Assembly: GCA_004796365.1 (NCBI GenBank)
Contig: QZLE01000140.1
Location: 10,932 to 74,931, forward strand
From: Gammaproteobacteria bacterium
GTDB lineage: Bacteria; Pseudomonadota; Gammaproteobacteria; QZLD01
Length of the DNA: 64,000 bases
Direction of reading: 5' to 3'
The first letter of the stretch is position 1. Every line of letters starts with the position of its first letter. Of the stretch, positions 46,623 to 56,564 are shown piece after piece. The position numbers and the translations under genes are program-made. The notes beneath the pieces are model-generated. The model was not told the DNA's origin. It was given only the letters and a program-made list of their open reading frames with translations, and ran no database searches.

Positions 46623-47102
46623 ATGATATTTAATCGCTTTAATAATACGCTTTCTGAAATTGAACCAAGATCTTTCGCAAGTTTGATGGAACTATATGAA
46701 GATAGTTATATTAAGCTACGCAGGCTTATTCCAGACATCGAAACAATAGATATTGGCCTTGTATCTGTGGCTCAAGGTAGTGTTCCCTTGATGCTTAAAA
46801 TATTATCCAGGCATAAATTTACCACAACAATTTTTTTAACTCATAGATTTGAATGTGATAATGCGAGCTATGATGATCCGGGATTGGTCGTTAATATTTT
46901 TCACGATGCAAGAATGGCTGAAGTATCTGTTGATGAAGTGATCGATAAATTTGGTGTTGAGTTAAAATGTAGACAAAGAACAGACCTTGAACTTGATAAG
47001 CGTTGGGAATTGAATAAGTTTTTAAACAAGTGGCTGCAATATTGTTTGCATGAAGGGCATAGTTTTAAATTCAGACCTGACCTTGAAGAACAGGCCTCTT
47101 AA
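46623..47102 (+). CDS. DUF1249 (YqiB-like) protein
   Basis: N-terminal FASLMELYEDSYIKLRRLIP is typical of the family. About 159 aa. Confidence 0.7.
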   Translation: MIFNRFNNTLSEIEPRSFASLMELYEDSYIKLRRLIPDIETIDIGLVSVAQGSVPLMLKILSRHKFTTTIFLTHRFECDNASYDDPGLVVNIFHDARMAEVSVDEVIDKFGVELKCRQRTDLELDKRWELNKFLNKWLQYCLHEGHSFKFRPDLEEQAS

Positions 47103-47168
47103 AAACGCAGTTTTTTCGAATCGTTAGTATAACAAATTCGCATTTAATTAGTGCAGAACGGAAATAGT

Positions 47169-48071
47169 ATGGAAGATACAAAAATTAACAGGCGAAGAGG
47201 GATTTTTCTATTGCCGAATACAATCACAACTGCAGCATTATTTTGCGGTTTTTATGCTGTTGTTGCTGCAAATAATAATGACTATAAAGCTGCAGTTATT
47301 GCGATTTTCCTCGCAATGGTGTTTGACGGCCTTGACGGCCGTGTTGCCAGAATGACCAACACGCAAAGTGATTTTGGCGTTGAATATGACAGCATTTCCG
47401 ACATGTTATGCTTTGGTGTGGCGCCATCCTTAGTGGCCTATGAATGGGCATTAAAGGAATTTATTAATTACGGCCCAGTATGGGGAAAGCTGGCTTGGCT
47501 TGGTGCTTTTATATACACAGCTTGTTCCGCTTTGCGCCTTGCTCGATTTAACACTCAAGTTGGAGTTATCGACAAAAAATATTTTCAGGGGCTCGCGAGC
47601 CCGGCTGCTGCTGCGGTGATAATGAGTATCGTGTTATCTGGCGAAGTTTATCAGCTAAAGCAAACTATACCTCATAGTATTATTTCGTCGTTTTGCCTGT
47701 TTATGGTGGTTGCTGTAGGAATTTTGATGGTTAGTAATGTTCGGTATTACAGCTTTAAAGATCTAGATAAGTACAAGAAAGTTTCTTTCATCAATATCGT
47801 GGCTATCGTTTTAGTATTGGCCGGAATATGGCTGATTCCGGTTATAGTTCTGCTTGTCTTGTTTTTCGGATACTGTTTGTCAGGGCCTATATTTACAATA
47901 ATGGAGATCAGAAAGCGCAGAATGCTGAAGAAAAAAGGTGAGTTTAAAGATGTGCGGGTTGAGCCTGATATTGAGGCTCAGGAAGATAATGAAATTGAAA
48001 GTCAGCCAGAACCTGAGCCTCAGGTTCTTGATGTGCATCAAACACAGGAAGCGGAAAAAGAAAAAAAGTAA
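47169..48071 (+). CDS. pssA: CDP-diacylglycerol--serine O-phosphatidyltransferase (CDP-alcohol type)
   Basis: DGLDGRVAR...G...D..SD motif, multiple TM helices and an acidic C-terminal tail. Start set at MEDTKIN. Confidence 0.85.
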   Translation: MEDTKINRRRGIFLLPNTITTAALFCGFYAVVAANNNDYKAAVIAIFLAMVFDGLDGRVARMTNTQSDFGVEYDSISDMLCFGVAPSLVAYEWALKEFINYGPVWGKLAWLGAFIYTACSALRLARFNTQVGVIDKKYFQGLASPAAAAVIMSIVLSGEVYQLKQTIPHSIISSFCLFMVVAVGILMVSNVRYYSFKDLDKYKKVSFINIVAIVLVLAGIWLIPVIVLLVLFFGYCLSGPIFTIMEIRKRRMLKKKGEFKDVRVEPDIEAQEDNEIESQPEPEPQVLDVHQTQEAEKEKK

Positions 48072-48256
48072 TTTGCTATAGAATATAGCAATAATTCATA
48101 AAATTGAAAAAAAAGTATATTTTTATGCTTTACCTCTTGGCTGGGCAGTAAAGAGCCGCTATTATCATAGTAAGTTGGAAATATTCGGAACAAACACAGC
48201 AAATGACCAAGAATGCACCTAAGCAAAATATCTTAATCCGCTCTTCAGCAGTGGAT

Positions 48257-48313
48257 ATGCTTGCGTCAATTTTTGCTCCAGCCCAACTTCTCCTTCTAAG
48301 ACTCCTGCCTTAG
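48257..48313 (+). CDS. Candidate leu leader peptide MLASIFAPAQLLLLRLLP
   Basis: 18-codon ORF I translated by hand, absent from the ORF track. It has 4 consecutive plus 2 more Leu, all CUN codons (CTT CTC CTT CTA .. CTC CTG), and ends 125 nt upstream of leuA. Confidence 0.5.
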   Translation: MLASIFAPAQLLLLRLLP

Positions 48314-48438
48314 GGCAGTAGATCATAACCTGGCGAGGAACGCGTATCAGATTGAATTTAGCGATTACGGAAGTGCGCAATTAATTATTTGCCTGCAACT
48401 ATATGGATTTTTCTGTAGGCATCCCCCGGAGATAGATC

Positions 48439-49986
48439 ATGGGTAACAGAGATAAATTATTTATTTTCGATACAACGATGCGAGATGGCGAGCAAAGCCC
48501 TGGCGCATCAATGACCAAAGATGAAAAAGTCAGAATCGCAAAGATGTTGGAGAAGCTTCGTGTGGATGTAATGGAAGCTGGTTTTCCTGCATCAAGTCCA
48601 GGTGATTTTGAAGCTGTCCAGGCTGTGGCAGCTGCTGTTAAAAGCGCAGGTGTTTGTGGTCTTGCGCGAGCACGCAAAGAAGATATCGACCAAGCCGGTG
48701 CTGCTCTTAAAGAAGCTGTAGCTCCGCGTATTCATACCTTCATTGCAACATCCCCTATTCATATGCAGCAAAAGCTTATGATGGAGCCTGATGAGGTTGT
48801 TGAACAAGCAGTATGGGCAGTTAAACGAGCACTAAAATATACCGATGATGTTGAATTTTCCCCAGAAGACGCTGGGCGTTCTGACCCCGCGTTTTTGTGT
48901 CGTATCATCGAGGCGGTAATAGATGCTGGTGCCAGGACTATCAATATTCCTGATACAGTTGGTTATAACGTACCAGATCAATTTGGAGCCTTGATTCAAC
49001 GTATTATTACCGATGTGCCAAATTCAGATAAGGCTATCTTCTCTATTCATTGTCACAACGACTTAGGCTTAGCAACAGCCAATTCACTTTCTGCAGTATT
49101 GAATGGTGCAAGACAGGTCGAATGTACGATTAATGGTCTTGGTGAAAGAGCCGGCAATTGTTCATTGGAAGAGGTGGTTATGGCGGTTCGCACCAGACAA
49201 GATTTATTCCCATGCGACACTGATATCGATACTACTCAGATTGTCGCATGCTCAAAGTTGGTCTCTGGTATCACAGGATTCGCAGTGCAGCCGAATAAGG
49301 CGATTGTTGGTGCTAATGCATTTGCTCACGAAGCAGGTATACATCAGGATGGTGTGCTTAAGAATCGTGAAACTTACGAAATTATGCGGGCTGAAGATGT
49401 GGGTTGGGGTGAAAATAGCCTTGTATTGGGCAAACATTCGGGTAGGAATGCATTTAAGGCTCGCTTAGCTGACTTAGGAGTTGAGTTTTCTTCAGAGAAT
49501 GAACTAAACGATGCTTTTGGCCGTTTCAAAGAGCTGGCAGATAAAAAGCATGATATCTTTGATGAAGACTTGCAGGCGTTGGTCACCAATACAGGTGTTG
49601 AAAGCACAAATGAAATTTTGAAGTTGGTTTCGTTGTGTTCTAAATCTGAAACCGGCGAAAAACCTTTTGCAAAAGTTACCTTGCTGGTTAATGGCGAAGA
49701 AAAGAGCGCGGAAAAAGAGGGTAGTGGACCAGTAGATGCTGTTTATCGTGCTATCGAAGAGATTATTAACAGTGAATCAGAGTTAAAGCTTTATTCTGTA
49801 AGTAATATCACTAGTGGTACTGATTCTCAGGGCGATGTAACTGTGCGCTTGGAAAAGGATGGTATTGTTAACGGTCATGGCTCTGACACAGATATTGTTA
49901 TTGCGTCAGCCAAGGCTTATATCAATGCTTTGAATTTAATGTTTATGCGCAAGAATAGAACGCATCCACAGGCAGACGAAGTATAA
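48439..49986 (+). CDS. leuA: 2-isopropylmalate synthase
   Basis: 515 aa. [22 protein letters not shown] and a C-terminal LeuA dimerisation/regulatory domain. Confidence 0.97.
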   Translation: MGNRDKLFIFDTTMRDGEQSPGASMTKDEKVRIAKMLEKLRVDVMEAGFPASSPGDFEAVQAVAAAVKSAGVCGLARARKEDIDQAGAALKEAVAPRIHTFIATSPIHMQQKLMMEPDEVVEQAVWAVKRALKYTDDVEFSPEDAGRSDPAFLCRIIEAVIDAGARTINIPDTVGYNVPDQFGALIQRIITDVPNSDKAIFSIHCHNDLGLATANSLSAVLNGARQVECTINGLGERAGNCSLEEVVMAVRTRQDLFPCDTDIDTTQIVACSKLVSGITGFAVQPNKAIVGANAFAHEAGIHQDGVLKNRETYEIMRAEDVGWGENSLVLGKHSGRNAFKARLADLGVEFSSENELNDAFGRFKELADKKHDIFDEDLQALVTNTGVESTNEILKLVSLCSKSETGEKPFAKVTLLVNGEEKSAEKEGSGPVDAVYRAIEEIINSESELKLYSVSNITSGTDSQGDVTVRLEKDGIVNGHGSDTDIVIASAKAYINALNLMFMRKNRTHPQADEV

Positions 49987-49987
49987 T

Positions 49988-50773
49988 TTGGTGAATCAGA
50001 GCTCATTAAATCGGCAATATCTTGAAACCTTGGGAATCCAGCTGTGGGTTCCCAGGGTTACTGATATGAAAAACCCTTGTATAAGTTCTGTTACTAATTC
50101 AGATGTAGTAGATCAACAACAGGCTTTGCCAGCATCTCTAGTTGAATCTCCTTCTGAGCCTTTACAGCAGTCTCAGGCTACTCAGTCCGAACATGAAGAA
50201 AACCTTCAAACCATAACCAGTCTAGAACAACTTCGCGCTCATATTCCTAGTTGCGTGAAGTGTTCAATTGCTCAGGAACGAACCAACACTGTATTTGGTG
50301 TAGGTAATCCAAATGCCGATCTTATGGTTGTTGGTGAGGCTCCTGGTAAGGACGAGGATTTACAAGGCGAACCTTTTGTTGGTAGAGCAGGGCAACTGCT
50401 GGATAAAATGCTTGCAGCTATTGGGCTGCGCCGAGATCAGGCATTTATTGCTAATATTCTTAAATGCCGCCCAACAAATAACCGTGATCCGCAAAAAGAT
50501 GAAATTGCGAACTGTATTGGATACCTAAATAAGCAAATTGAATTGATACAACCTAAAGTGATCCTGTCAGTAGGACGGGTTTCGGCACAAAGTCTGCTTG
50601 GTTCCGAAACTCCGATTTCTAGGTTAAGGGGAAAACCGCACGATTATGGTGAAGCCAAAATCCCTCTGATAGCTACATACCATCCGGCTTATCTATTACG
50701 TTCACCCGCGGAAAAGGCTAAAGCTTGGGATGATATGAAGTTTGTGCGCTTTCTGTTAAATCAATCAGAATAG
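49988..50773 (+). CDS. Uracil-DNA glycosylase, family 4
   Basis: GEAPGKDED motif, 4Fe-4S cysteines and HPAYLLR. The exact start is uncertain (TTG 49988 or GTG 49991). Confidence 0.85.
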   Translation: MVNQSSLNRQYLETLGIQLWVPRVTDMKNPCISSVTNSDVVDQQQALPASLVESPSEPLQQSQATQSEHEENLQTITSLEQLRAHIPSCVKCSIAQERTNTVFGVGNPNADLMVVGEAPGKDEDLQGEPFVGRAGQLLDKMLAAIGLRRDQAFIANILKCRPTNNRDPQKDEIANCIGYLNKQIELIQPKVILSVGRVSAQSLLGSETPISRLRGKPHDYGEAKIPLIATYHPAYLLRSPAEKAKAWDDMKFVRFLLNQSE

Positions 50774-50787
50774 ATAAAAGATAATAA

Positions 50788-51249
50788 ATGCAGCAGCCAG
50801 AAATAAGAATAATGACACCTGGTGATTTGTCTGCGGTAATGGATATTGAAAATAATAATCATCCATATCCATGGTCGAAACAGATTATGTCTGATTGTTT
50901 TAAAGAAAATTACATCTCTTATGTATATATTCTGGACGGTGAAATTATAGGCTATTTAGTACAAACCTTTGCAGCTGATGAATCCAATATTCTTAATGTT
51001 TGCGTGGAAAGTAGATTCAGATCAAATGGTTTTGCTGATCAATTAATGCACAAGGCTATAAATTGCTGCCGTGAGATGAAAAATAGTTCCATTTTTTTAG
51101 AAGTAAGGGCCTCTAATGCTCCGGCAATAAATTTGTATCACAAGCATGGCTTTGTTGAGGTGGGAGTTCGTAAGGGGTATTATCCTACTGAGCAAGGCAG
51201 GGAAGATGCTATTGTGATGGCGCTGGAGATTCTTGCTCTCCATCCATAA
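50788..51249 (+). CDS. rimI: Ribosomal-protein-alanine N-acetyltransferase (GNAT)
   Basis: 153-aa GNAT fold with the NHPYPWS motif typical of RimI. Confidence 0.8.
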   Translation: MQQPEIRIMTPGDLSAVMDIENNNHPYPWSKQIMSDCFKENYISYVYILDGEIIGYLVQTFAADESNILNVCVESRFRSNGFADQLMHKAINCCREMKNSSIFLEVRASNAPAINLYHKHGFVEVGVRKGYYPTEQGREDAIVMALEILALHP

Positions 51250-51257
51250 CCTTCGCT

Positions 51258-51929
51258 TTACCCCAAATCAATCAGATCTAATATCTCTACCGGAGAATTG
51301 ATAATTCCGTCGGCATTCCATTGTTCAGGGTGGTCTTCTTCATCTATATAACCGAACATCGCTATAAAGGTATGCATAGATGCATTATTACCGGCTTCAA
51401 TATCTCTTTGTGCATCACCAACATAGATGGTTTTTGTCGGATCAACATTAAGAAGTTCACAGGCATGTAGTAAAGGGGCAGGGTGTGGTTTTCTTTGCTC
51501 TAGCGTATCTCCTGAAACGATGCATGATGTTCTTTCGGAAATATTGAGTTTGCCAACCAATTCCGAGGTTAACCAGTGCGGTTTGTTGGTTACTATCCCC
51601 CATTGAATATTTGAGTCTTCAAGCTTGGTAAGAACCTGTTCCATACCTGCAAAATAGTTGGTTTTATTTGCAATATTTTGTCGGTACAGGTTTAAAAATT
51701 TATCCAGATAGTTTTGAAATTCAGGATGTTCATCCTGTATATCCAGTCCTTTGCGAATAAGCGCTGCACCACCATGGGAAACCGTGTTACGCAAATGCTC
51801 ATAGGGCTTTGGGTCCAGCCCAAGCTCAGATCTTAAAATATTGATTGCATCAACCATATCTGGGGCGGTATCAAGTAACGTGCCATCAAGATCGAAAAGA
51901 ACAGATTCAATATTATTAAGAGCCGGCAT
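51258..51929 (-). CDS. HAD-IA phosphatase (phosphoglycolate phosphatase / MupP-like)
   Basis: DLDGTLLDT, VTNK and GDAQRD HAD motifs. Immediately downstream of ubiG. Confidence 0.8.
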   Translation of the reverse strand: MPALNNIESVLFDLDGTLLDTAPDMVDAINILRSELGLDPKPYEHLRNTVSHGGAALIRKGLDIQDEHPEFQNYLDKFLNLYRQNIANKTNYFAGMEQVLTKLEDSNIQWGIVTNKPHWLTSELVGKLNISERTSCIVSGDTLEQRKPHPAPLLHACELLNVDPTKTIYVGDAQRDIEAGNNASMHTFIAMFGYIDEEDHPEQWNADGIINSPVEILDLIDLG

Positions 51930-51951
51930 AATTGCACACCTTTTTTACTTT

Positions 51952-52650
51952 TTAAATGTTGTGTTGAAATACTGCGATATAGTTTACATCAAGATTATTA
52001 ACAATCCTTGAAGTGTTTGCGATAGGGTTATAACTAACCCCCTTAATGGATATCAAGTTTAAATTGTTGGATTTGCATAACGAAACAAGCTCAGAAGGTT
52101 TAATGTATTTATTAAAGTCATGCGTACCTTTGGGGAGAAGATTTAATAGATATTCAGCTCCAACAATCGAAACCAAAAATGATGAAATAGAGCGGTTCAG
52201 GGTGGAAAAAAAGGCTAATCCGCCTGGTTTTAGCATTGTTGCGCACGCTTTGATGACACTTGCGGGTTCTGGAACATGCTCAAGCATTTCCATACAGGTT
52301 ACGATATCAAAAGATTGCTCATGGTCTAAGGAGAATTCTTCCGCTGTTGCCTTTGTGTAGTTTATTGAAAGCTTAGCTTCATTCGAGTGTGTTTTGGCTA
52401 CTTGTAGCGAATCTTCTGCCATATCGATAGCAGTGATAGTGGCTTGTTCTTTAGCTAAAAGCTCAGAAAGAAGGCCTCCGCCGCAACCAACGTCGATTAC
52501 TGAATTTGATTTGAGCTTTGCATGAGATTTAATAAATTCAAGTCGGGTATGGTTAAGTGTATGCAAGGCCTTGAATTTACCGTTTAAATCCCACCATTCA
52601 GATGCGATTTTATTAAATTTTTCTATTTCAGTGATGTCGACATTATTCAT
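51952..52650 (-). CDS. ubiG: Bifunctional ubiquinone biosynthesis O-methyltransferase
   Basis: 232 aa. FNKIASEWWD, SAM motif VIDVGCGGGLLSE and MLEHVP. Confidence 0.93.
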   Translation of the reverse strand: MNNVDITEIEKFNKIASEWWDLNGKFKALHTLNHTRLEFIKSHAKLKSNSVIDVGCGGGLLSELLAKEQATITAIDMAEDSLQVAKTHSNEAKLSINYTKATAEEFSLDHEQSFDIVTCMEMLEHVPEPASVIKACATMLKPGGLAFFSTLNRSISSFLVSIVGAEYLLNLLPKGTHDFNKYIKPSELVSLCKSNNLNLISIKGVSYNPIANTSRIVNNLDVNYIAVFQHNI

Positions 52651-52838
52651 AGTCTTTGCTTATAAAATTACAAAAATATTGTAATTTAAGTGCGCGCCTA
52701 GGTAGTTAAATAAAATGATGATAGTATTATCCAGAATTATTAAATAGTTTCAATTTGAACATTTAGAGCCCTTTAATGTCATAGTTGATACTGAGTTTAC
52801 AATCGTGCAGTTCATGCACTGAGATCAAGAGAGATATT

Positions 52839-53561
52839 ATGCTTAAATACACGCGTTTTTTAATTATGGCAGTAGCCATGCTGGTTTCCGGTTTTTCAAT
52901 TGCTTCAAAAGCTGACGATTACAGCGGTATCAAAAAGTCAATTTCAACTATTTTACCTGGTAAGAAAGTAGATGTGATTTCTCCATCTCCTGTTGACGGG
53001 GTTTATGAGGTTGTTGTTGGGGCAAGACTGTTATATTTTTCAGAAAACGGTCAGTTCATGCTTGATGGTGATCTTTTTGATATAACAGAGCGCAAGGATC
53101 TTTCTGCACCTGTTAGAGAAAATGCACGTGCTAAGGTGGTTACTGATGCTGTGGCAAAGGGCGGCATTACTTATAAAACTAAAGATGAACCAAAATATAA
53201 GGTAACTGTATTTACAGATATTGACTGTGGTTATTGCAGAAAACTTCACAATGATATGGACGGTTATCTAAACCACGGTATTGAGGTTAGTTATCTATTT
53301 ATGCCTAGAGCTGGACTTCAGTCTAACTCTTTTAGAAAAGCTGTATCAGCAGTTTGTGCTGATGATCCAAATAAAGCGCTGACAGAACTGAAAAACGGAA
53401 AAACCGTAGCAGACAAGAGCTGTGATAATAAAATTGCTGATCAATATAATCTGGCTCGTGAGATTGGAATTAGAGGAACTCCTGGAATAATTACAGAAGA
53501 AGGTAAAATCTTCCCGGGATATCTTCCACCAGATACACTATTGCAAAGACTAAAAAAATAG
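52839..53561 (+). CDS. dsbC: Thiol:disulfide interchange protein DsbC
   Basis: Signal peptide, an N-terminal dimerisation domain, a thioredoxin fold with the CGYC active site and GTPG. Start set at MLKYTRF. Confidence 0.88.
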   Translation: MLKYTRFLIMAVAMLVSGFSIASKADDYSGIKKSISTILPGKKVDVISPSPVDGVYEVVVGARLLYFSENGQFMLDGDLFDITERKDLSAPVRENARAKVVTDAVAKGGITYKTKDEPKYKVTVFTDIDCGYCRKLHNDMDGYLNHGIEVSYLFMPRAGLQSNSFRKAVSAVCADDPNKALTELKNGKTVADKSCDNKIADQYNLAREIGIRGTPGIITEEGKIFPGYLPPDTLLQRLKK

Positions 53562-53565
53562 CCAT

Positions 53566-53606
53566 TTTTACGCTGCTGCTCAAATAACATCGGTAGCAGC
53601 GTAAAA
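53566..53606. other. 12-bp-stem hairpin TTTTACGCTGCT ... AGCAGCGTAAAA
   Basis: Perfect 12-bp inverted repeat with a 17-nt loop, between dsbC and the DUF4846 gene. Confidence 0.5.
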
Positions 53607-53651
53607 CTCCATATGGACAACCATGGTAAGGATAAACTCAGGGGGAAGGCC

Positions 53652-54512
53652 ATGTGTAAAGGGATTTATGTATTCTTAATTATTTCGTGCTATTTATTAT
53701 CATCTGCCTATGCAGATAATCACCGGAATCCGAGTGTAAACAGTCCCAAATACTATCACTGGCCTCTGCAGGAGGATGCTGCAGTCAAAATATCGCAATC
53801 TATAGAACCGCCAGAAGGTTATACACGTATCACACTTGAAGATACGAGTTTTGGAACCTGGCTGCGAGCGCTTCCTCTTCTACAAAATAGCAACACTGTG
53901 CACCTCTTCAATGGTGATAAAAAATTCAATCAATTAGCACAGCATTCCATAATAGATATCGATGTTGGAGATAAGGATCTACAGCAGTGTGCCGATGCTG
54001 CTATCCGTTTGCGCGCTGAGTTTTTGTTTTCTAAAAAAGATTATAAAAGTATACACTTTAATTTTACCAGTGGTGATAATGCGTCCTGGGAAGAGTGGGC
54101 TGCAGGAAAAAGACCGGTAATCAAAGGTAATAAAGTATCCTGGGTGCATAAATCGGCCCAAAACCATTCTTATGCTAATTTTCGAAAATATCTTGAAACC
54201 GTTTTTACGTATGCTGGTTCAGCGTCGTTATCGCGGGAACTGGAAACTGTACCCAATCCAGCTAAAATTCTACCTGGAGACATCTTTATTCAAGGGGGGT
54301 ACCCGGGGCATGCAGTAATAGTTATGGATGTGGCGGAAAACAGTAAAGGTGAGCGAGTATTTTTGTTGGCGCAAAGCTATATGCCGGCGCAGCAGGTTCA
54401 CTTACTAAGAAATCCAAAAATCTGGAACGGGCCGTGGTATCATGCCAAGAGTTCTGGAAAATTAGTAACCCCGGAATGGATATTTAATTTCAAAGATCTA
54501 ATGAGATTTTAA
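53652..54512 (+). CDS. DUF4846-family secreted protein
   Basis: Signal peptide ...SSAYADN and conserved QQCADAAIRLRAEF and PGHAVIVMD segments. Start at MCKGIYV (GGGGGAAGG RBS). Confidence 0.65.
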   Translation: MCKGIYVFLIISCYLLSSAYADNHRNPSVNSPKYYHWPLQEDAAVKISQSIEPPEGYTRITLEDTSFGTWLRALPLLQNSNTVHLFNGDKKFNQLAQHSIIDIDVGDKDLQQCADAAIRLRAEFLFSKKDYKSIHFNFTSGDNASWEEWAAGKRPVIKGNKVSWVHKSAQNHSYANFRKYLETVFTYAGSASLSRELETVPNPAKILPGDIFIQGGYPGHAVIVMDVAENSKGERVFLLAQSYMPAQQVHLLRNPKIWNGPWYHAKSSGKLVTPEWIFNFKDLMRF

Positions 54513-54523
54513 TTTCAGAATTA

Positions 54524-55096
54524 TTGGAGAGTATCGTGGCTGTTTCTATCGAAGAGATTAAACGCGTAAAAAACAATGCCGATCTTATTGTACCAGAAGG
54601 TGATATCGAGATTGCGCTTGAAAAAATGGCAGTTGAAATTACCAATGTTATTGGAGATAAGGATCCAATAGTTTTGTGTGTAATGATAGGCGGTATGGTG
54701 CCGGCAGGTAAACTTTTGACTAAGATGGATTTTCCATTCACAGTAGATTATGTGCATGCTACACGATATTTAGGCAATATCACAGGTGCTGATATTGAGT
54801 GGGTTGTCAAACCGACCTCCGATCTGAAAGATAGAGTTGTCCTGATAATTGATGACATTCTGGATGAGGGACATACATTAGCGCGGATTACAGAATATTG
54901 TGAAAAAGACTGTGGTGCTGCCGATGTCAAGACAGCCGTTCTTGTTGATAAGCAACATGATAGAAGATTTATGGACATGCAAGCAGACTTTGTTGGCGTG
55001 ACAGTTGAAGACCGGTATGTATTTGGTGAAGGAATGGATTATAAGGGATATCTTCGTAATCTTTCCGGCATTTATGCACTCTCAGATGAAGATTGA
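54524..55096 (+). CDS. hpt: Hypoxanthine-guanine phosphoribosyltransferase
   Basis: PRPP-binding motif VVLIIDDILDEGHTL. About 186-190 aa depending on start (TTG 54524 or GTG 54536). Confidence 0.85.
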   Translation: MESIVAVSIEEIKRVKNNADLIVPEGDIEIALEKMAVEITNVIGDKDPIVLCVMIGGMVPAGKLLTKMDFPFTVDYVHATRYLGNITGADIEWVVKPTSDLKDRVVLIIDDILDEGHTLARITEYCEKDCGAADVKTAVLVDKQHDRRFMDMQADFVGVTVEDRYVFGEGMDYKGYLRNLSGIYALSDED

Positions 55097-55112
55097 TAGT
55101 TAAGGAATTTCT

Positions 55113-55853
55113 ATGACTACTATTGCAATAATTGGCGGAACTGGTTTAACAAATTTAGAGACCTTGGATATTCTACGCAAGGAGGTTTTGCATACTCCTT
55201 TTGGTGAGGCGTCCGGTCCGGTTACACATGGTCGTCTTGCAGGAAAGGATGTTGCCTTTATTGCAAGGCATGGATATGGACATACAATTCCACCGCACAA
55301 AGTTAATTATAGAGCTAACCTTTGGGCGCTGAAGAGTGTAGGGGCAACAAAAGTATTGGCCGTTGCAGCGGTTGGTGCAATAAACCGCGAGCTAACCCCA
55401 GGGTCTTTGGCTCTGCCTGATCAGATAATTGATTACACATATGGCAGAAAACAGACCTATTTTGAGGAAGATCTTGATCATGTAACGCATATTGATTTTA
55501 CTTATCCATATTCTTTAGATTTAAGAACAACTTTAGTACAAGCTGCTAAAAATTCTCAAATCAGCTTTTATGATGGTGGTACTTATGGTGCAACACAAGG
55601 GCCACGCCTTGAAACTGCAGCGGAAATTCAGCGCATGAAGAAAGACGGTTGTGATATGGTTGGTATGACCGGAATGCCTGAGGCAGTACTGGCACGTGAA
55701 CTTGGTTTGTCATATGCTGCAATTACCGTAATGGCGAATTGGGCTGCAGGCATAGAAGCTGGAGAAATTACCATGGAAGATATTCAGGCCAACCTAAGTG
55801 CCGGTATGGGTGATGTTAAGAAGGTAATCCAGCAACTCATGCTGCTAATATAA
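55113..55853 (+). CDS. mtnP: S-methyl-5'-thioadenosine/-thioinosine phosphorylase (PNP family 2)
   Basis: IGGTGL, ARHG.GH..PPH.VNYRAN and VGMTGMPEA motifs. Confidence 0.85.
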   Translation: MTTIAIIGGTGLTNLETLDILRKEVLHTPFGEASGPVTHGRLAGKDVAFIARHGYGHTIPPHKVNYRANLWALKSVGATKVLAVAAVGAINRELTPGSLALPDQIIDYTYGRKQTYFEEDLDHVTHIDFTYPYSLDLRTTLVQAAKNSQISFYDGGTYGATQGPRLETAAEIQRMKKDGCDMVGMTGMPEAVLARELGLSYAAITVMANWAAGIEAGEITMEDIQANLSAGMGDVKKVIQQLMLLI

Positions 55854-55884
55854 GTTGTTTTAGCTATTATCAATTGATTCTGAA

Positions 55885-55916
55885 CAAAAAAGCGAGCTTG
55901 ATGCTCGCTTTTTTTG
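55885..55916. terminator. Bidirectional rho-independent terminator (mtnP / cache gene)
   Basis: A6-AGCGAGC-TTGAT-GCTCGCT-T7. Confidence 0.9.
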
Positions 55917-55933
55917 TCTGAAAAGGCTGTATC

Positions 55934-56386
55934 TTACTGAAGATAAAGTCCTGCACCAACAAGCATGTCTTTCCCAGGAATTTTTTTGGCTAGACTTGCC
56001 TTCGGTGTAACCTTTCCTGTTAGAGGGTGGGTCCACTTATATTCAACCCAGCCTTCACCGCTTTCTTTACTAACTTTAATCATTTCCTGAATAAAGTATT
56101 TACCTTCCGGTGTTCTTAGTTTGATTAAGTTCTTTCCGTCAAGAGATGCCTTGGCGCCATGAGAGATCATTTTTCCATCAAAATCGATGATAAAGACATA
56201 AAGTTCACCTTTTATAAACTGTCCGTCCTTATTTTTAATCTCGGTTTTTGCTTTTTCCAGCCCATTTGTTTCGATGTATTTTATTGTATTATCAACAAGC
56301 ATTTTCACATCGTCTTTAGTTGGTCCAGCCATTACAAGAGTTGGTAAGGCAAAAATTGCGATTGCAAAAAATTTTACAAGTTTCAT
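55934..56386 (-). CDS. Stand-alone secreted single-Cache (sCache_2-like) domain protein
   Basis: Start at MKLVKFF (GGAG RBS) and signal peptide ...LVMAG. Cache-like YVFIIDFDGKMISHG...GWVEYKWTHPLTGK...VGAGLY. No TM or output domain. Confidence 0.7.
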   Translation of the reverse strand: MKLVKFFAIAIFALPTLVMAGPTKDDVKMLVDNTIKYIETNGLEKAKTEIKNKDGQFIKGELYVFIIDFDGKMISHGAKASLDGKNLIKLRTPEGKYFIQEMIKVSKESGEGWVEYKWTHPLTGKVTPKASLAKKIPGKDMLVGAGLYLQ

Positions 56387-56564
56387 AAAAAAACTCCTTC
56401 CATTTAGGTGTTGGTTTACTGTGTCCACATAGGTCAACATTAATCTAAATATAGACTAATAAATAAAAAAAAAAGGACCTGTTTCAAAAAATAAGTTTGT
56501 TCTATAAATATTCGCATTAAATTTGTAAAATTGACGATTAGTGCACTTGAAACCAGGAAGAATA

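Noticed and set aside
48399-48677. 92-aa minus-strand ORF overlapping the leuA start.
   Set aside because: It is antisense to the conserved LeuA N-terminus and its sequence is Ala/Pro/Ser-rich mirror-frame in character.
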